Assembly: GCA_023213395.1 (NCBI GenBank)
Contig: CM041465.1
Coordinates: forward strand, 58,907,741-58,971,740
DNA: 64,000 bases
Reading direction: 5' to 3'
Source: Cycas panzhihuaensis
Lineage: Eukaryota > Plantae > Cycadophyta
The notes below the pieces were generated by a model that made no database searches, was not told where the DNA came from, and saw nothing but the letters and a program-made list of their open reading frames with translations. A program made the translations under genes and the position numbers. Positions 24,201 to 39,166 of this stretch are shown here, one piece after another; positions within the stretch are counted from its first letter, which is position 1, and the number at the start of each line of letters is the position of its first letter.

Positions 24201-26240
24201 TCTTCAAGGAAAGATTCATCTTTCTTGCTTGAGAAACTTGGGTATTACTGCTCTTGGGAGGTGTGGCTTGAGAAACTTGATGAATAAGTTTATGGAAAGT
24301 AGGTGATAAAGGCACCTAGAGTTTAAGCTCCTTCATCATACGTTCAAAAGAATGTATAGAAAAAGTCAAGGGGTCCAAGGTCTTCTCTATCGAATGAGTT
24401 AAAGACCTAAAAGATTATTGGGTTTTGGTGTCGTGGGATGGAGGGGATGCCTCATGTTATTGCGATGACCTAAGAGGCCTCTTGAGACCTACTTGGATCT
24501 CAATGGCCTCAAGGGCCAAGCATTTAGCTATGGCAGAGTTGCATGTTGTTGCCCACATCTTGAAGACTTTAACATGCACCCCGAGATGAAGGGCATTTAC
24601 AAAAGGATTTCTTCTTAACTCTTTAGGCAGAGTTGCCTTGGTGGAGTGGAGGAGATCATGGAAACACCTCACAAAGTCATGATTCATTTCATTGTAACCT
24701 TATTTGAGGGATAAGAGAGCCTTCATTCCACTCTCGAAGAGATGAGCAACATCAAAATAATTAACAAACTCGTAGATGAGTTGTTGGAATGAATGGATGG
24801 AGTGCACGAGAAGGCGATAGAAATATTTGAGGGCATCACCTTACAGATAGTGTGGGAAAAGTTTTATCAGAATGTGATGGTATGCCAAATAGTTGATACA
24901 TGCCATAGAAAAGCTTCTAACGTGCTCCGTTGAGTCTTAAGAGGAGGTCTCATCAAACTTAGGTACCTTAGGAGGGTGAGGCAATAAGTTAGTTCTTAAC
25001 GCCTCAATGGATAAAGGACTTGAGCTATAATCTATAAAGGGACATCCCTTTGGTTGGGCTATAGGGTCAATGAAGGATGAAGGAGGAGGTGGGAAAGGGT
25101 GCCCAAATCCTCCTTGGGAAACTTGGCCCGAAAGGGGATATGAACTTCCTCCCGCTTGGTGGGAGGGAACTAATTCTGAATATGAAGGGACTGGAAAAGG
25201 AACAGATGAGTAAGAAGGACCCATCCCCCCTTGAGGGTATGCCCCTTATTGAAAGGGAGCTTGAGAGAGGGTGCCTTGAGAAGTGGCTTGCCCTCCTTGC
25301 GAAGGCACCACATAAGAAGAAGCATGAGAAGACAAGATAAATGAGTGTGGAACCAGATTTTAGCCATATGGGCCACCTATAGGTAGTGCGACACCATATG
25401 GATGCAATGGGTCTATCCCATAGATAGGAAGAGGATTCCCCTTACCATACCCCCATAGTTGGGAAGCATATCCTGGGGGCACGTAGAGGGAATAATCCCT
25501 AGGTTGAGTTTGGGAGTGCATAGGGATTTATTCCATGCGACTGAAAGTAGAGGGATATATAGGTCCCCCAGATCTAACAGGAGGTGGATGGACTATGTTT
25601 GATTAGGGTATAGTTGCTTGGCTAGAAGGAGGTATACTCAACCCAAGTTAGGAAGTGGGTATGCCTTGGGTGGCCCCTAAGGAATATGGGCCACAAGAAA
25701 AAAGAGGACACAATGAGGGATGCCCCCATTGTGGATAGGAAATTTGAATGAGATAAATGTGGAGATACAGATGTGGAGGAAGGGAGCACTATACTTTGTA
25801 AAATACTATCTAACCACTTGGGATATGGTTGGAGGCTAGCCACTTGGAAGCACTAATTAAGTGCTTCCACCACATCTACGGGAGGAGTATCCACCTACTC
25901 ATATGAGGTCAAAGGATCCTCATATGAAGTGGACCTTACAAGGAAGTCCTCATGGATGTTGTCACTATAATGGTGATATCCCATGGGAGAAGATGCTTCC
26001 ACTTCATGAGTAGAAAGGTGATGGACCTTCGGGTGCTCTTGGTTACCTAGGTAGAAGATAGGGTCCTCACCCTCTTGGGTGGGCCCTTATAAAGAAGTAG
26101 AAGGTTAATGAGATTCATAAACATAAGCATGGTACACCGAGTCCGAAGGAAATCCCTCTATGGTTGATTCAGAATCTGACAATGGAAGGGGATAATAAGG
26201 AGAGTCTTCCAACGAAGGAGGGAGACCTTATAAATAATGA
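21216..26240 (-). pseudogene. gag-PR-(RT/RH deleted)-INT of element B
   Basis: ORF fragments 24937-25224 and 24457-24687 (gag), protease ~23100-23450, 22107-22733 (pre-RT), 21567-21881 and 21216-21437 (integrase), all homologous to A. Confidence 0.92.
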
Positions 26241-26393
26241 GAGAATCGTCGCATACAAGTCTTTCTTAAAGGTTGGAAGAAAAGGAAATAACAGGATGAT
26301 AGATATTGGGTGTTGCACAACGAATTGACGAAGGCTACTAAAGGAGAAGTAACACCAATAGAAAAGGGAATAGAATAGACCTCTTACTGAAGA

Positions 26394-26412
26394 GTCCCAA
26401 ATATGGTTGCCA
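26394..26412 (-). other. Primer binding site of B
   Basis: Reverse complement TGGCAACCATATTTGGGAC next to the LTR end ...GCTTTCA. Confidence 0.8.
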
Positions 26413-26413
26413 G

Positions 26414-29400
26414 TGAAAGCACACCTCTGGGGGTCACCAGATATGAAGAGATCAAGTCAATACAATCAATAATCTTATGGCTAAGGGATCTATAGAAGCA
26501 AGGAAAATGATTATCCACAAAGGGCATCTGTGCATTAAAACGCAAGTTCGAGGACCCACAAATGGCGTACAGACCTTCCCTCAAGGCAAGCACCTTCTCA
26601 ATTTAAGATGGGCAAGAGAGGGGCTTCCTCGATTTGCCAAGTAGCCTAAAAAAAGAGACCCTCCTATCCTGGATGGCCAAGGAAGGAGGATATAAACAAG
26701 ATACACCATTCCCAAGGAGAAGGAACATGTGAGGTAGGTCCTAACCAAAAGAGGAAGTACCTACGAACAAACAATGGGTGGTTGGTAGTGTGGATGAGAA
26801 GGAGAAGTTGGGCTGAAAAGGGGCCAACTTCTAAATAAAGGTAAGGCAAAGTAAGCCCTTACCAAAAGGGGAGAGGAAGACCTTAAGAGGGAGTGCTCCT
26901 AAGATGCCCACACCTGAAACAGATAGTTATATGTAGGGGATGAGGCAATACATTTTGTTCCTTTGTTTTTTGTTATACAATGAGGTGGGTGGTGCTATGA
27001 GTTGTTGTTGTTTCTGTTTTGTATTTGAATTGAAAAGGGGAAGTAAACAAGACAACAACTCTATCTCTCTTCGTAAACCCTAGACTCTCTCTCTTTATCT
27101 TTTATAAGTATAAAAGGAAATGAGTAGGCGGGAAGCGTAAGAAGAGGATGTAAAAACTAATATAAGTCAACCCAATAGCACATGGGGAAGGACAATAAGT
27201 TGAGAGTAGGGAGACTCACACCCCTTTAATGCTAGCGAATATGAGAGTCAAGTGAGGAGAAGGGGGGTAAAGATGCAACTAGTGAGGGTTGACACCTACT
27301 TATGCAAAGTAATTACCCTCTCTCCTATATAATCAAATAAGTCAAACAATGAACAATGAAATACAAAACTATCTTTTCTTTTGTGAAATATCAAAAACTA
27401 TCTTTTCTTTTATTCTTTCTTTTCTTCTTTTAGGAGTAAGGGGGGGAAAGAATGGGTGAGAGGATAGAAGGGAGTGCGCCTGAAAACCAGACGGTCGATG
27501 TAGAAGCCCTTTCTCCCACCATATAATCCACTTTCATCCACCCAATGTTCCTTGTTATAATTGATGTGGCAGAAAGAAACACTAGCATGGCTTCCTTACC
27601 TTCCCCAAAGGCGAAATGTAGAAAGAATTAAAAGAAGAAGAAGAAAAGAAAGGATTACTTCCAATGAAATTTCAAGGTAATGTAATAACAATGGGAGAAG
27701 TATGCGTACCTATAATGAAGGCCTTTGTTTATCCCAAAATAGATGAAATCAGCATAACAAGCTACTTACCCTTTCCCAAGGGGCACTAAACATGCATAGG
27801 AGCAAGCGTGTATATATATATATGCTTTTAGAAGAAAGAAATAAGGAAAGTAACCCTATACAAATGTCCTTTGAATAAGTAAAATATGCAATGTTAGTTT
27901 TACTTATCATACATACATAGTGATCCAATGATTATCGGAAAGAGGGGAGAAAGGAAAACCGAAGGATAGACTTAGAATGGATAACCCTCCTAATGGGACA
28001 TCTCCACATTCCTAAGCACTCAAGAAAGCAAATCTAGATAGGAGCCAAGTTTCTTTCAAGGGTAAAAGAGCAACAAACTTTGTATATAGAAAAGTTGCAA
28101 GGAAATATAAAAGTCGCAAAAGTTGTAAAAGCTGCAATGAGCAACTTTTACAAGATTTTGAAAAGATAAGATTGAAACAGTATAAATATCAAGAAGCTAC
28201 TACTAAAAACCATATTTTTTGAAGCTATGATGGCTGGTTATAGGTGTAGCAAGGTGCTGTTAATGTTGAAACCAATAAATCTCCCTACCCCAAGGGTTTC
28301 CAGGCAGACAAGAGAGGCATTAGGAGGAAAAAGAGCGAAGAGTAGGGGGCTACCCTTAAGGAGATGGCAAGAGGGTACAGAAACCTGCCTGAAACTCATT
28401 TTTCTCTTCGTTGGACTCTTTTCTCTCCACCTCCTTAAGTGGACCTGAAGGAAACCTCAACGTGCAAGGGATTAAGCCTAAGAAGGTAAAGGGTTTGCCT
28501 TCTAGAGTGGACAAATAGGAGGTAGTTTCACACAGCGAATTGAAATAGCAAGCAGGAAAACCCTTATGCTTGAGGAAAAGGATGATATAGAAACTTGTAG
28601 ATACCTGATAAGAGTAGATCTGAGGTGGATCTACCTTGTGTAGTGGTTGAGAGAGAGGTTCCCCTTGAGGACTGGCAAAGAAACCCTATAATGGCACCAG
28701 CAAAGATCATGACCTGTAAATAAATTTGATGCTTATGCCTGGATGGGATATTTGTGGAGGAGATTTATCTTAAAGCTCATTGTTGTAGACCTATAACTCA
28801 AGGTTTTACCTTGAGGGAGATGGTGGAAAGAGTGGAGGATAGGTACAGCAGGTGAGAGCCTCTATTTCAAAAATTTTCCTTCTAGGTGAGGAGGAAGAAG
28901 AGGAGGAATGAGGGAAATTTTGTATTTTTTAACCCAACCCTAGCTCAACGGGCGATCAAGGCTTGCCCTGAGTGAGAAACAGACCAACCCCATATGTCAA
29001 TTTTTCATTTAATGTGAAATTGACCATGGACAAACAAAAAAAAAAAATTGAAAAGTTGCACTGCAGCAAACTTTATGATACCATGGAGTTTTCTGCAGTA
29101 CTACGGAGTTTGCAGTGGTGCACTCAAAACTAGATGAAAACTAAGGAGGGAAGCCCAAAAGGCTCCTTATAAAGGAGCCCCTAGACCCTGAAAGGATAAT
29201 AATATAATGACAATATGCCAAGGGGAGGGTTATAAGACCTAGGGGGACCATGATGAATGAGGAGAAGGTGGCAACAAAGCCACAAAGGGAGATAATGGCG
29301 AATAAGGGTAACAACCAGACCTAGATGGGATGTTAGGGGTCATGTCATGCCAAGGAGCGATAAAGGATGGGCTACGGGAGCCAAGAGTTCTTGGAGATGT

Positions 29401-29653
29401 TGTGGAGACACGGCAAAGGGTCATAAGATGCCATGGGATACATATCCCAAGCCGTCATAGGGTAAAGTGTTAAGATGCAACATGAGTATGCAAGTGAGCC
29501 AAGCACAATGATCATGCAATCAATCAATCAATGTGCACTGTGCATCTATTGACAATCCAATAGCATCTTAAAGCCAATGAAAGTGAGGATAGACACATAC
29601 TTGCACTTACTTGAGGTGAGTCATCCATGTCCATTCCTAGTAGTCAAGAAATA
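26414..29653 (-). repeat. 5' LTR of element B (~3.2 kb)
   Basis: Minus strand starts TATTTCTTGACTACTAGGAATGGAC (compare A TGTTTCATGGCTACCAGGAATGGAC) and ends TTTCA before the PBS. Confidence 0.85.
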
Positions 29654-30289
29654 ATTGCAAAAGGGTCAATAATTTTCTCTTGTAAACACTAAGTTTACTT
29701 ATAGCCAATGGTAAAAACCAACCATCTCTTGGTTTTAAGTAAAAATTCTTATCAAATCCTTTACTTCCTTGCTATTTGACTTGTCTCTACTTAGTATATA
29801 GCTTGAGGAAGCCATATTACACCTTCCTATTTATATTTTTCCACTTACAACCTTTGAAAATCTTTCCTCTATGAACTAGAGACCTCTCACAAAATACTTT
29901 AGAGTGTTGGAGAAGAGGGTGAGTAGGGTATTAGTTGGTTGGAGGAGTTTAGGGAAGGGAAAAGAGGTTCAAGTTCTAGATTTCGCACCTCCTTCCATTG
30001 GATAATCCCCTCCTAATACCACAAGATGTCATGTTTCATTATGCATGCATATTCTTCTTCAATACAAACCTAAACCACTACACCATTTCATGAGTAATCT
30101 GCTGCTCACTCTTGAGATTCTATATCTCATATTCATGCACCTTTTTTAATTTGGATTATTACCCAAAAGTTGTAAATCGAGTGATACTTCTTACCACTTG
30201 AGAGACCACTTCTACGTAGGGGGCCACACCATTCTGAGACACTCTCTCTTGCATCCCTCTTCTTCTCCTTTTCATGTGTATGGATCTTT

Positions 30290-30602
<313 letters not shown>

Positions 30603-31902
30603 CACCTCTTTTGGGTAAAATTTGTCTTATATACACAAGTGGAGGACTTGTCTCAATTTACTAGCCTACAAGGCAAGAGAAAAGGCTTTGTCACTAGGTA
30701 ACATTAGTTCATGGTTTAGCATTATTTCTTTTATTATGCATTTTTTCTCTTTTCATTATTCTATTTCCTTTATTTGTTTGCAATATTTCTTTTAAGTTTG
30801 GGGAAGGTAAGAAATCCCCCTTACATCTTACAATGTTCAAAACAAAGGAGCTTACACTATTGGCAAAGGAGGAGCAAAGTAGGAATTAAGTCAAAGTTGC
30901 CCTCAAGCATTGCTAATCGGGTATGATCTTTCCAAGCTCTCTCCCTCTTTCTCCCCCTCTTCCTCCAAGCTCACCTTCTTGCCATTGTTGCTTGTATGCA
31001 CGTAAACCATAAAAGTAAAAGGATTGCTTTATTACATAACATACCTCTTGCATTCATAAAAGAGAAATAGATCCCTCTATTTTCCCCCTTTTCTCTTCAC
31101 AAAAGAAAATGCGTTGTAAGAAAGGACTCTTCCCTTCATTTTGCATATGTATATGCACATAGAAACAAGTTTAGGAAACATAGCTTGACTGAATATATTT
31201 CTCTCTTACATAAAAATAAACATATATTAAAAGAAAAAAAGGGCATTACATAAGCATTGAAATAATACTCATCTCTCTCCTCCCCATTGCATCTTCTTCA
31301 AAACACAAGGTTGACTCTTGCACTTCTTGAAGTAGTTTTCTTTAGTCAAAAGTAAAGGAGAGAGAGTTTGAGAGTGAGATATTATAATTGATATGCATTG
31401 TTAAATAACTATTTTGTAAATGACACAACAACACTTTATATAAAAACATCATACCTCAAATAAGATAATATTACCTCCCCTCACAACTAAAAGAAACTTC
31501 AGTAAAACCTTGTGCTATAACCAAACCCTAAAGGTAACCCTTTACGCAAAAATAAACAACCTGAACCCCTTATCTTACATTTTGTTTCCCACCCATACCA
31601 TACTCCCCTTTTTTGAAAGGGAGCCTTTAATTCCTCCCTTCCCAATGAGGATAAGAGAGCCTTATCTAGGCTACTCAGTGATCCAAGAATGATGATCCTT
31701 TTACCCCCAAAGCATATCATAACCCCCTAAGGTAGATAGGGTAACATGCGTGTTGTGGGTCTGCAAACCTGTGCTTTGGCACACAAATGCCCTTCGAAGG
31801 TTAGCTTGACCTCTATTATACCTCTGGTTTTTTATTCCTTGACATTAGCAGCTAACTGGAGCATAGTAATTCCTAGTAACCCCCTAGAGGGCACGCTTTC
31901 AC

Positions 31903-31920
31903 TGGCAACCATACTAGGGA
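31903..31920 (+). other. Primer binding site of C
   Basis: TGGCAACCATACTAGGGA, near-identical to A's PBS. Confidence 0.82.
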
Positions 31921-33494
31921 GCCACTAGGAAGGAAATCTTAACATCCCTTTGGTTTCCTAGTGTTATCCCTCATCTACTTCTTAATATCTCTATAGTATG
32001 TTGGGTAATCTCAAAATCTTATCCTAAAGTTAATCTTTACACTTTTGTAGTCCCTCGGGTAGGGCGTAAATATGATGTTTCCCTCGTCGCTTACGTGGCT
32101 TCCCTCCTACAGAAGAAGAGCCCTATTCCTCTATTGTAGCATCTAAACTAGGTATCCAATGGAGGGCTATCTATCATATTGGACATACCACTCTTATGCC
32201 TCCAATTCCCATCCATAAACATCATATCCTCTTCAAGATCTGGCCCAAGAGGGTGAAGACCCTATTTACTACCCAAATAACTAAATGTATCTGGATTTTC
32301 ATCCATATCTTATGCATGATGTAGGGGGACTTCCTCTCTAGATCACTCTCATCCTAATGAGAGGACCTATGATGATCGTCCTTTAAGTTTCACTTAGCAT
32401 GAGGAGCCTTCCACCTCATACAAGCAAGTTGGAACTCCTCCAGAAGAGGCAATAGAGGCATTGAAGTAATGCTTCAAAGTTATAAGTGACCAACCACCTC
32501 TAAAGTAGTTAGAATGCTTCCTTAAAAGCACTACCCTACTTTCTTCCACCTCCACTCCACCTGTTTCATCCCAACCTATGCCCTCTTTGACAATAAGATC
32601 TATTCATGTAGTCCCTCCACCTATGAATGTTCCCTTGCCCCAAGGGATACTTCAAGGCATCCTAATCTCCCAAATAGGGCTAAGCATGCCCCCTCCTACC
32701 CAAGAAACCATGCCATAATCAATTTTAGCTCATGCCTCTTTAGTTTGACCCTAAGTGCCTTAATACTCCCATACTTCAGGTCATGGAGTATCCATCCCCA
32801 TGCGCCCTCATCCACAACCCATGGACCCTTCACTCTACGTGCCCCCAGGTTATACATCCCAACCTTAGGGGCATGGCAGGCTAAACCCTCTCTCAACCTA
32901 AGAGGTGGATCTGTTCCATCCCTATGGGGTTATGCCTCTTGTAGGTAGACCCTATGGGCAAAACCCTATCTCTTATCTCATATCATCTTCTATATGTACA
33001 ACTTCATGCACAATCCCTTTGTAAGGGGGATTCATTCCCCCATCCTAACCCACATTCCTATGTACCAACATCCCAAGGGTATACCAACATGTTATTGCTA
33101 CACATGTGGTGTACCCCCTTGGTGGGATAAGACTCTCTTACCCATATTCTTTTGTGGCCTACCCCCAAATGGGGGTGGCCCCTTCTCATCAAATAGGTGG
33201 AAATCCTTATGCCTCTTATACTCAATCTTCTTATAGTGGGAGTGAGTGCCTATACCCATCTCTCTCTACTCCTCAAGTTGATCCCCTAACTCAACCTAGG
33301 GTTCATCCCTTTGTTGACTATCGATTAACTCCCCTCTCCATTAAGGCTCTCAGGACTAACCTGCCACCTCATCCACCTAAAGTGCCTAAGTTTGATGGCA
33401 CTTCATCATAGGACCCTATTGAGCATGTTAGAGGCTTCACCATGGCATGCATCGACTGTTGGGCCTATGACAATATTTCTAAGATCCTTGTAGG

Positions 33495-33705
33495 TGTTAG
33501 AAAAATAACTTGTAATGCACATTTGTAGTTAGCTTATAAGGTTCATATCTTTGTAATACTATACCATTAGTGGTCGAATTACTTTATGCTCATGAATTTA
33601 TGAGTATATAAACACTTTGTACTTTGTATTATTTTTAAGCAAGGTAAGGTATCTCATGATACCATTTTCGATCCTAGAGTTTTCATTTGAGTTGTAGATC
33701 TAATA
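33495..33705 (+). repeat. 5' LTR of D
   Basis: TGTTAG...CTAATA; about 12 mismatches versus 38956-39166. Confidence 0.96.
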
Positions 33706-34871
33706 TGGTATTAGAGTGAGGTTAATTGACATTGAACCAAGAGCGATGAGTATTCTGATCAAAGGCAACGTGGTTTGAAGCTCTGAGATCAAGGGCATTG
33801 CAACTGCCATTTCTTCTCAGCTTCCTTCAAATAAAGGTACTTTATTATCTGTTAGTTCTTATCTTATTTTTTAGACCCATGCTTATCTTCCTATGTTGAA
33901 TGATTTGTAATTTGTTTAGTGGAATGGTATTGAGCTATTCATTTATTTCTGATTTATTAGTAGTTTTGCTCTGAGTAATCATTACCTTATGTTTTGTATT
34001 TCTACCTAGATCTTTGTAGTTATATTGTTATCTCTCACCCATTTATTAATCCTTAATTCTCACCAGTCAATTCATCATACTTGCATCTGGTATCCTATCT
34101 ACTCATATGGATTTCATCATTATCATCTATATTCTATTTGTGGAATTATCACCATTTGAATTTCTTGCATAGATTTCATCATCATCAGCTACCTTCTATT
34201 CACATGATTTTCTCTTTGGCACCTCCTGTGTTCATCGACTCTTTGATTCGCTGTTGATTATTGAATATAATTGTATTATTAACATTGGATTCAAGCCACC
34301 TTAATTTACCTGCATTTAGTTTATGTTTAGTCTACCTGGGTTTAGTCTACCTTAATCTGCCCTAAATCAGTTATTTCTGTCTTACGTGGCTGTGATATGT
34401 GCGTAATCATATGTCTTATATGTCTACTTCGTCTTGACGTCTATTCTGCATTAATCAATTTAAATCATTCACTTGGATACTTGTGCCTTTATATCACTTG
34501 CCTTTGATATATTTCAATCGATAAAATCACTATTGATAGCCATCGATCCACTTTAATTTATTATTTATTGATCAATATTGATAACCGACATGCACTTTAA
34601 GTTGTTATTCATTGATTAAGTATTTAATATTTCTTGCTTGTATCACTTAGCCCCTTGAACATTGATTCTTGATTTGTTTTTGATATTATCTTGAAATTTG
34701 ACCTTGTGCTTGTATAATTTTAGATCTTAATTTTGTACTTAATATTGTCTTTGAGTTGCTTTTGTTTGAAAAACCAATTTTGTACTTGTATAATCTACTT
34801 ATTTTCTCCCAGTACCCTTCTCCTTAAAGGACTATCATAAACTACCTTTAGGGCTTAGGAAGCAAGAAATT

Positions 34872-37800
34872 ATGGCATCATATCAAATTAGACAGTCTCT
34901 ACCAAAGTTTAATGGATCTAACTATATTCCATGGTCAAGACAAATACAAGTCATTTTACAATCAAAGGGTTTATGGAACATTGTTGCTCATGGTTTTAAT
35001 CTTCCTCAACCAACTTTACCTGGTGGAAAATTAACATCTAATCAAGAGTTAGAAAAGGAAGAACTATTAAGGAAGGATAGTGATACACTGTTGATCATAT
35101 ATATGTCTGTTGCTGAACAAATTTTTCCTCACATATATGGGGCCTCTACCTCCCATGAAGCTTGGAACATATTAAAAACTAGTTATGAAGGGGCCATACC
35201 TCAAAGACTCTAGAATCTGAGATTAAACTATGAAAATTTAAGGATGATGCCTTTAGATTCAATTAATGAATTCATTACAAAAATGTAAGATCTAGTCAAT
35301 CAAATGGTATATTTGGGAAAATAGGTCTCTGAACAGAGAATGGTCAAGAAAATATTGAGAAGTATAAGTGAAATCAGTAAATTTGAAAATATTATGACTA
35401 CCATTGAAGTAACCAAGAACTTGATTAATTGTTGTCTATATTACTCAACATGGAAGAAAAATGTAAAAGCAAGGCTACAAATAAAGATTTGGATCAATCC
35501 TTTGCATCAACTTCTAACTTAAGGGAAAGGGCTAAATAAAACCAAGAGTTGAATCAATCTCAAGAAGCAAATGTACAATGAAACCTTCAATTCTCAAGAG
35601 GAAGATCAAAAGGATCCAATCAAGGAAGAAGCTGGAATTGGTTAGGTACAAATGAAGGAAGATGATGGAATTCTACAGGGCCAAGTCAAGGTTAGAACTC
35701 TATAGGATCAAGTTAGAATTCTTCACCTTTTGGTAGATGTACCTCTTGAGGAAGAGGCAGGGGTTATGGTTCTCAATGCTACCAATGTGGGAATTTTGGA
35801 CATTTGGCCAGAAACTGTTATTCAACAAACACAATTACAGAGACCCAAGATAATACTTCAAAAGGTGAGAGCTTATTCTATACTAGCTTAATGGAAAATT
35901 CCTTGACAAATGATGAATGATTTATTGACTCTGGATGCTCAACTCATATGACTTACAATACTAAATCTTTTTCAAAAATTGACAAGGATCAGAAAGGAAA
36001 ATTTGTATTTGGAGATGACAATACCCAAGAAGTACAAGGAAAGGAACTATCTTCATTAAAACAAATGATGAAGAAAACAATGATATTCACAATGTTTTGC
36101 TTGTCCTAGGATTAAAGAAAAATCCATTTTCAGTCGGCCAAATGATGGAGCAAAGATACAGGTTAGTATTTGATAATGGTGAATGCAAGATCTATGATAA
36201 GAAAAAGAATTTCTCTTTGATTACTAAAGGGATAATGACTAAAGATAGATTATTCAAATTAGTTCTATGTCCTGAAAATATTACTTTGAATGCATCGATT
36301 AATAATGATAGTATTCTATGGCATCTTCATTATGGACATTTAAACTATGGCAACCTAATCAATCTGAGAAAGAAAGAAATGGTTAATGGTCTCACTTTTA
36401 TTCAAAGCAACAATTATGTATGTGAAGGATGTGTTTTTGGAAAACACCATAGAAACAACTTTCTTAAATCTAGTTTTCAATCTCAAGCTCCATTAGAATT
36501 AGTTCATGTTAATTTATGTGGCCCATGAAGAATGTGTCACATGGAAAAGCAATATATTCCTGATTTTGGTTGATGATTTCACAAGAAAGATTTGGGTTTA
36601 CTTCCTTAAAGAAAAATCAGAAACATTCTTAAAATTTGTAGACTTCAGAGCTATGTCTAAAAGACAAAGTGGAATTAAGATAAAAATTCTTCATTCTGAT
36701 AATGGGGGAGAATTTATCTCCAATGACTTTAAGGATTTTTGTAGCAAAGTTGAAATAAGGAGACAATTTACAACTCCTTATACTCCTTAGCAAAATGGTG
36801 TGGTTGAAAGAAAGATAAGGACTGATATAGAAATGGCAAGATGTATGCTAAAAGGAAAAAGATTGGATGACTCATTTTGGGCTGAAGCAATAAATACTAT
36901 AGTATATCTACTAAATAGAAGTCCACCCAAATCATTGAAGGATGTGACTCTGGAGGAAGCATGGATAGGTAAGAAGCCTGATGTAAGCAATTTAAGAGTG
37001 TTTGGTTATGTTGCTCATGCACATATCCCTGATCATAAAAGAACTAAATTGGAAAGCAAAAGTATTAAGTGTATCTTTATAGGCTATTCAGGTGAGAAAA
37101 AGGCCTATAGACTTTATGATCCAATTGTAAAGGTTTTTTTTATGAGAAAAGATTGTATTTTTGATGAACTCAGTGAATATAAGAGTGAGAATAACAAAGT
37201 CAAGGAAGTCTTGATTGAATTTGGGACCTCAAAAAGGAAGACGAATACAAATCTGATTGAAGATTCAAGCTTAAATCAACAACAAAGACAAGATCCCAAA
37301 TGGGTTTTAAGAAGTCATGATCCCAAAAATATTTTGGATAATGACTTTAATAAAAGATTCACAAGATCACAAGCTAAGGTAAACTACGCCTTAATGTTTC
37401 AAGTGATACATAAAGATGAACCTCAAACTTTTGAGGAAGCTACAAAAAGTAATGAATGGACTCAAGCAATGGAAGCAGAATGTGATGCCATAAATCAAAA
37501 TAAAACATGGGATTTGATTGAATTACCACCAGACAAGAATGTCATTGGAACCAAATGGATATATAAGACAAAATACAAAGCTGATGGTACTATTAACAAA
37601 TATAAGGCAAGACTGGTTGCAAAGGGCTATGCTCAACAAGAAGGTATAGATTATGAAGAAAACTTTGCTCCAGTTACTAAGATGATTACAATTAGGTGTA
37701 TCTTATCTCTTTCTACTCATCTTGGTTGGAAGGTTTATCAGATGGATGTAAAATCAGCTTTTCTCAATGGTTATGTTGATGAGGAAATTTATGTCTCTCA

Positions 37801-38969
37801 ACCTCAAGGTTTTGAAGTTAAGGGACATGAACACTTAGTGTGTAGACTCAAAAAGGCTCTATATGGACTAAATAAAACACCAAGAGCTTGGTATGCAAGG
37901 ATTGATAAATATCTTTAGGATAAAGGATTTCAAATAAGTAATTTATATTCAAATCTTTACATAAAGACCTCTAAGAACTCTATTTTGATTATTGCAGTGT
38001 ATATTGATGATTTAATTTACACTGGTAACGATGATGAGTTACTTCAAGAATTCAAGGAGATATAAATTCTAAATTTGAAATGACAAACTTAGGACAATTA
38101 CATTATTTTCTTGGAATGGAAGCCTGGCAAGATAACAATGGAATATATTTGTGTCAAAGCAAATATATTATGGATATTTTAAGGAAATTCAACATGAGCA
38201 ATTGTAATCCCTATGCCACTCCCATTGAAGTTGGATTAAAGCTAAGCAAGCATGAAGAATCCACATTAGTTGATCCCACTCTATATTGTCAATTAATTAG
38301 AAACCTCATGTATCTTACTAATACAAGACTAGATATAACATATGTTGTCAACCTAACTTCAAGGTTCATGGCAAACCCTAAGCAAAAACACTAGAATTCT
38401 ACCAAGAGAATTCTCAGATACATTAAGGGAATGATTGATCATGGTTTGTTTTATAACTCTTTAAACAAATGCAACTTGATTCGCTATTCTGATGCAGATT
38501 AGGCTAATGATATAGAAGATAGGAAATCTATCACAGGTTATATCTTCAACATTAGTTCAATAGCAATACCTTGGAATAGAAAGAAACAACCCACTGTGTC
38601 ATTATCCACAATAGAAGCAGAATACAAGGTAGCTGAAGCGACAAGTCAATAAGTTGTTTGGATTAGAAGACTACTTAAAGATCTACATCATACGCAAAGT
38701 GATCTTATGGTAATTCATTGCGACAATCAAAGTACAATACAAATGTCAAAAAATTCAGTCTTACATGCAAGACCAAATATATCAAGATTAAACACCACTA
38801 CATTCGAGAGTTGGTTCAAGAGGGACAGATTAAACTTATACATTGCAGAATAGAGGATCAAATTGCTGATATATTTACAAAGGCTCTACCAAGGATCAAG
38901 TATTACAAGCTTAAGGAAGGGTTGGGAATTCTTCCAAATGTATATTATGGGGGAGTGTTAGAAAAATAA
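34872..38969 (+). pseudogene. copia gag-pol of D (gag, Zn knuckle, PR, INT, RT, RH) with stops and frameshifts
   Basis: [85 protein letters not shown]. Confidence 0.96.
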
Positions 38970-39166
38970 CTTGTAATGCACATTTGTAGTCAGCTTATAA
39001 GGTTCATATCTTTTTAATACTATACCATTAGTAGTCAGCTTACTTTATACTCATGAATTTATGAGTATATAAACACATTGTACTTTGTATTATTTTTAAG
39101 CAAGGTAAGGTATCTCACGATACCATTTTTGATCCTAGAGTTTTTGTTTGAGTTGTAGATCTAATA
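38956..39166 (+). repeat. 3' LTR of D
   Basis: Direct repeat of 33495-33705, followed by the TSD. Confidence 0.96.

Larger units (their letters stand above)
1..29653 (-). mobile_element. Element B: Ty3/gypsy Tat-lineage LTR retrotransposon, internally deleted; 3' part runs off the left edge; interrupted by element A and a putative solo LTR
   Basis: Minus-strand order: LTR (29653-26414), PBS, gag, protease, integrase, antisense PMD gene. Collinear with element A. Bases 1-380 match the reverse complement of A ~14230-14620. Confidence 0.9.
33495..39166 (+). mobile_element. Element D: full-length Ty1/copia LTR retrotransposon (5.7 kb)
   Basis: 211-bp LTRs, TSD GTAGG (33490-33494 and 39167-39171), Met-i PBS TGGTATTAGAG 33706-33716, PPT GGGGGAG ending at 38955. 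Confidence 0.97.
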
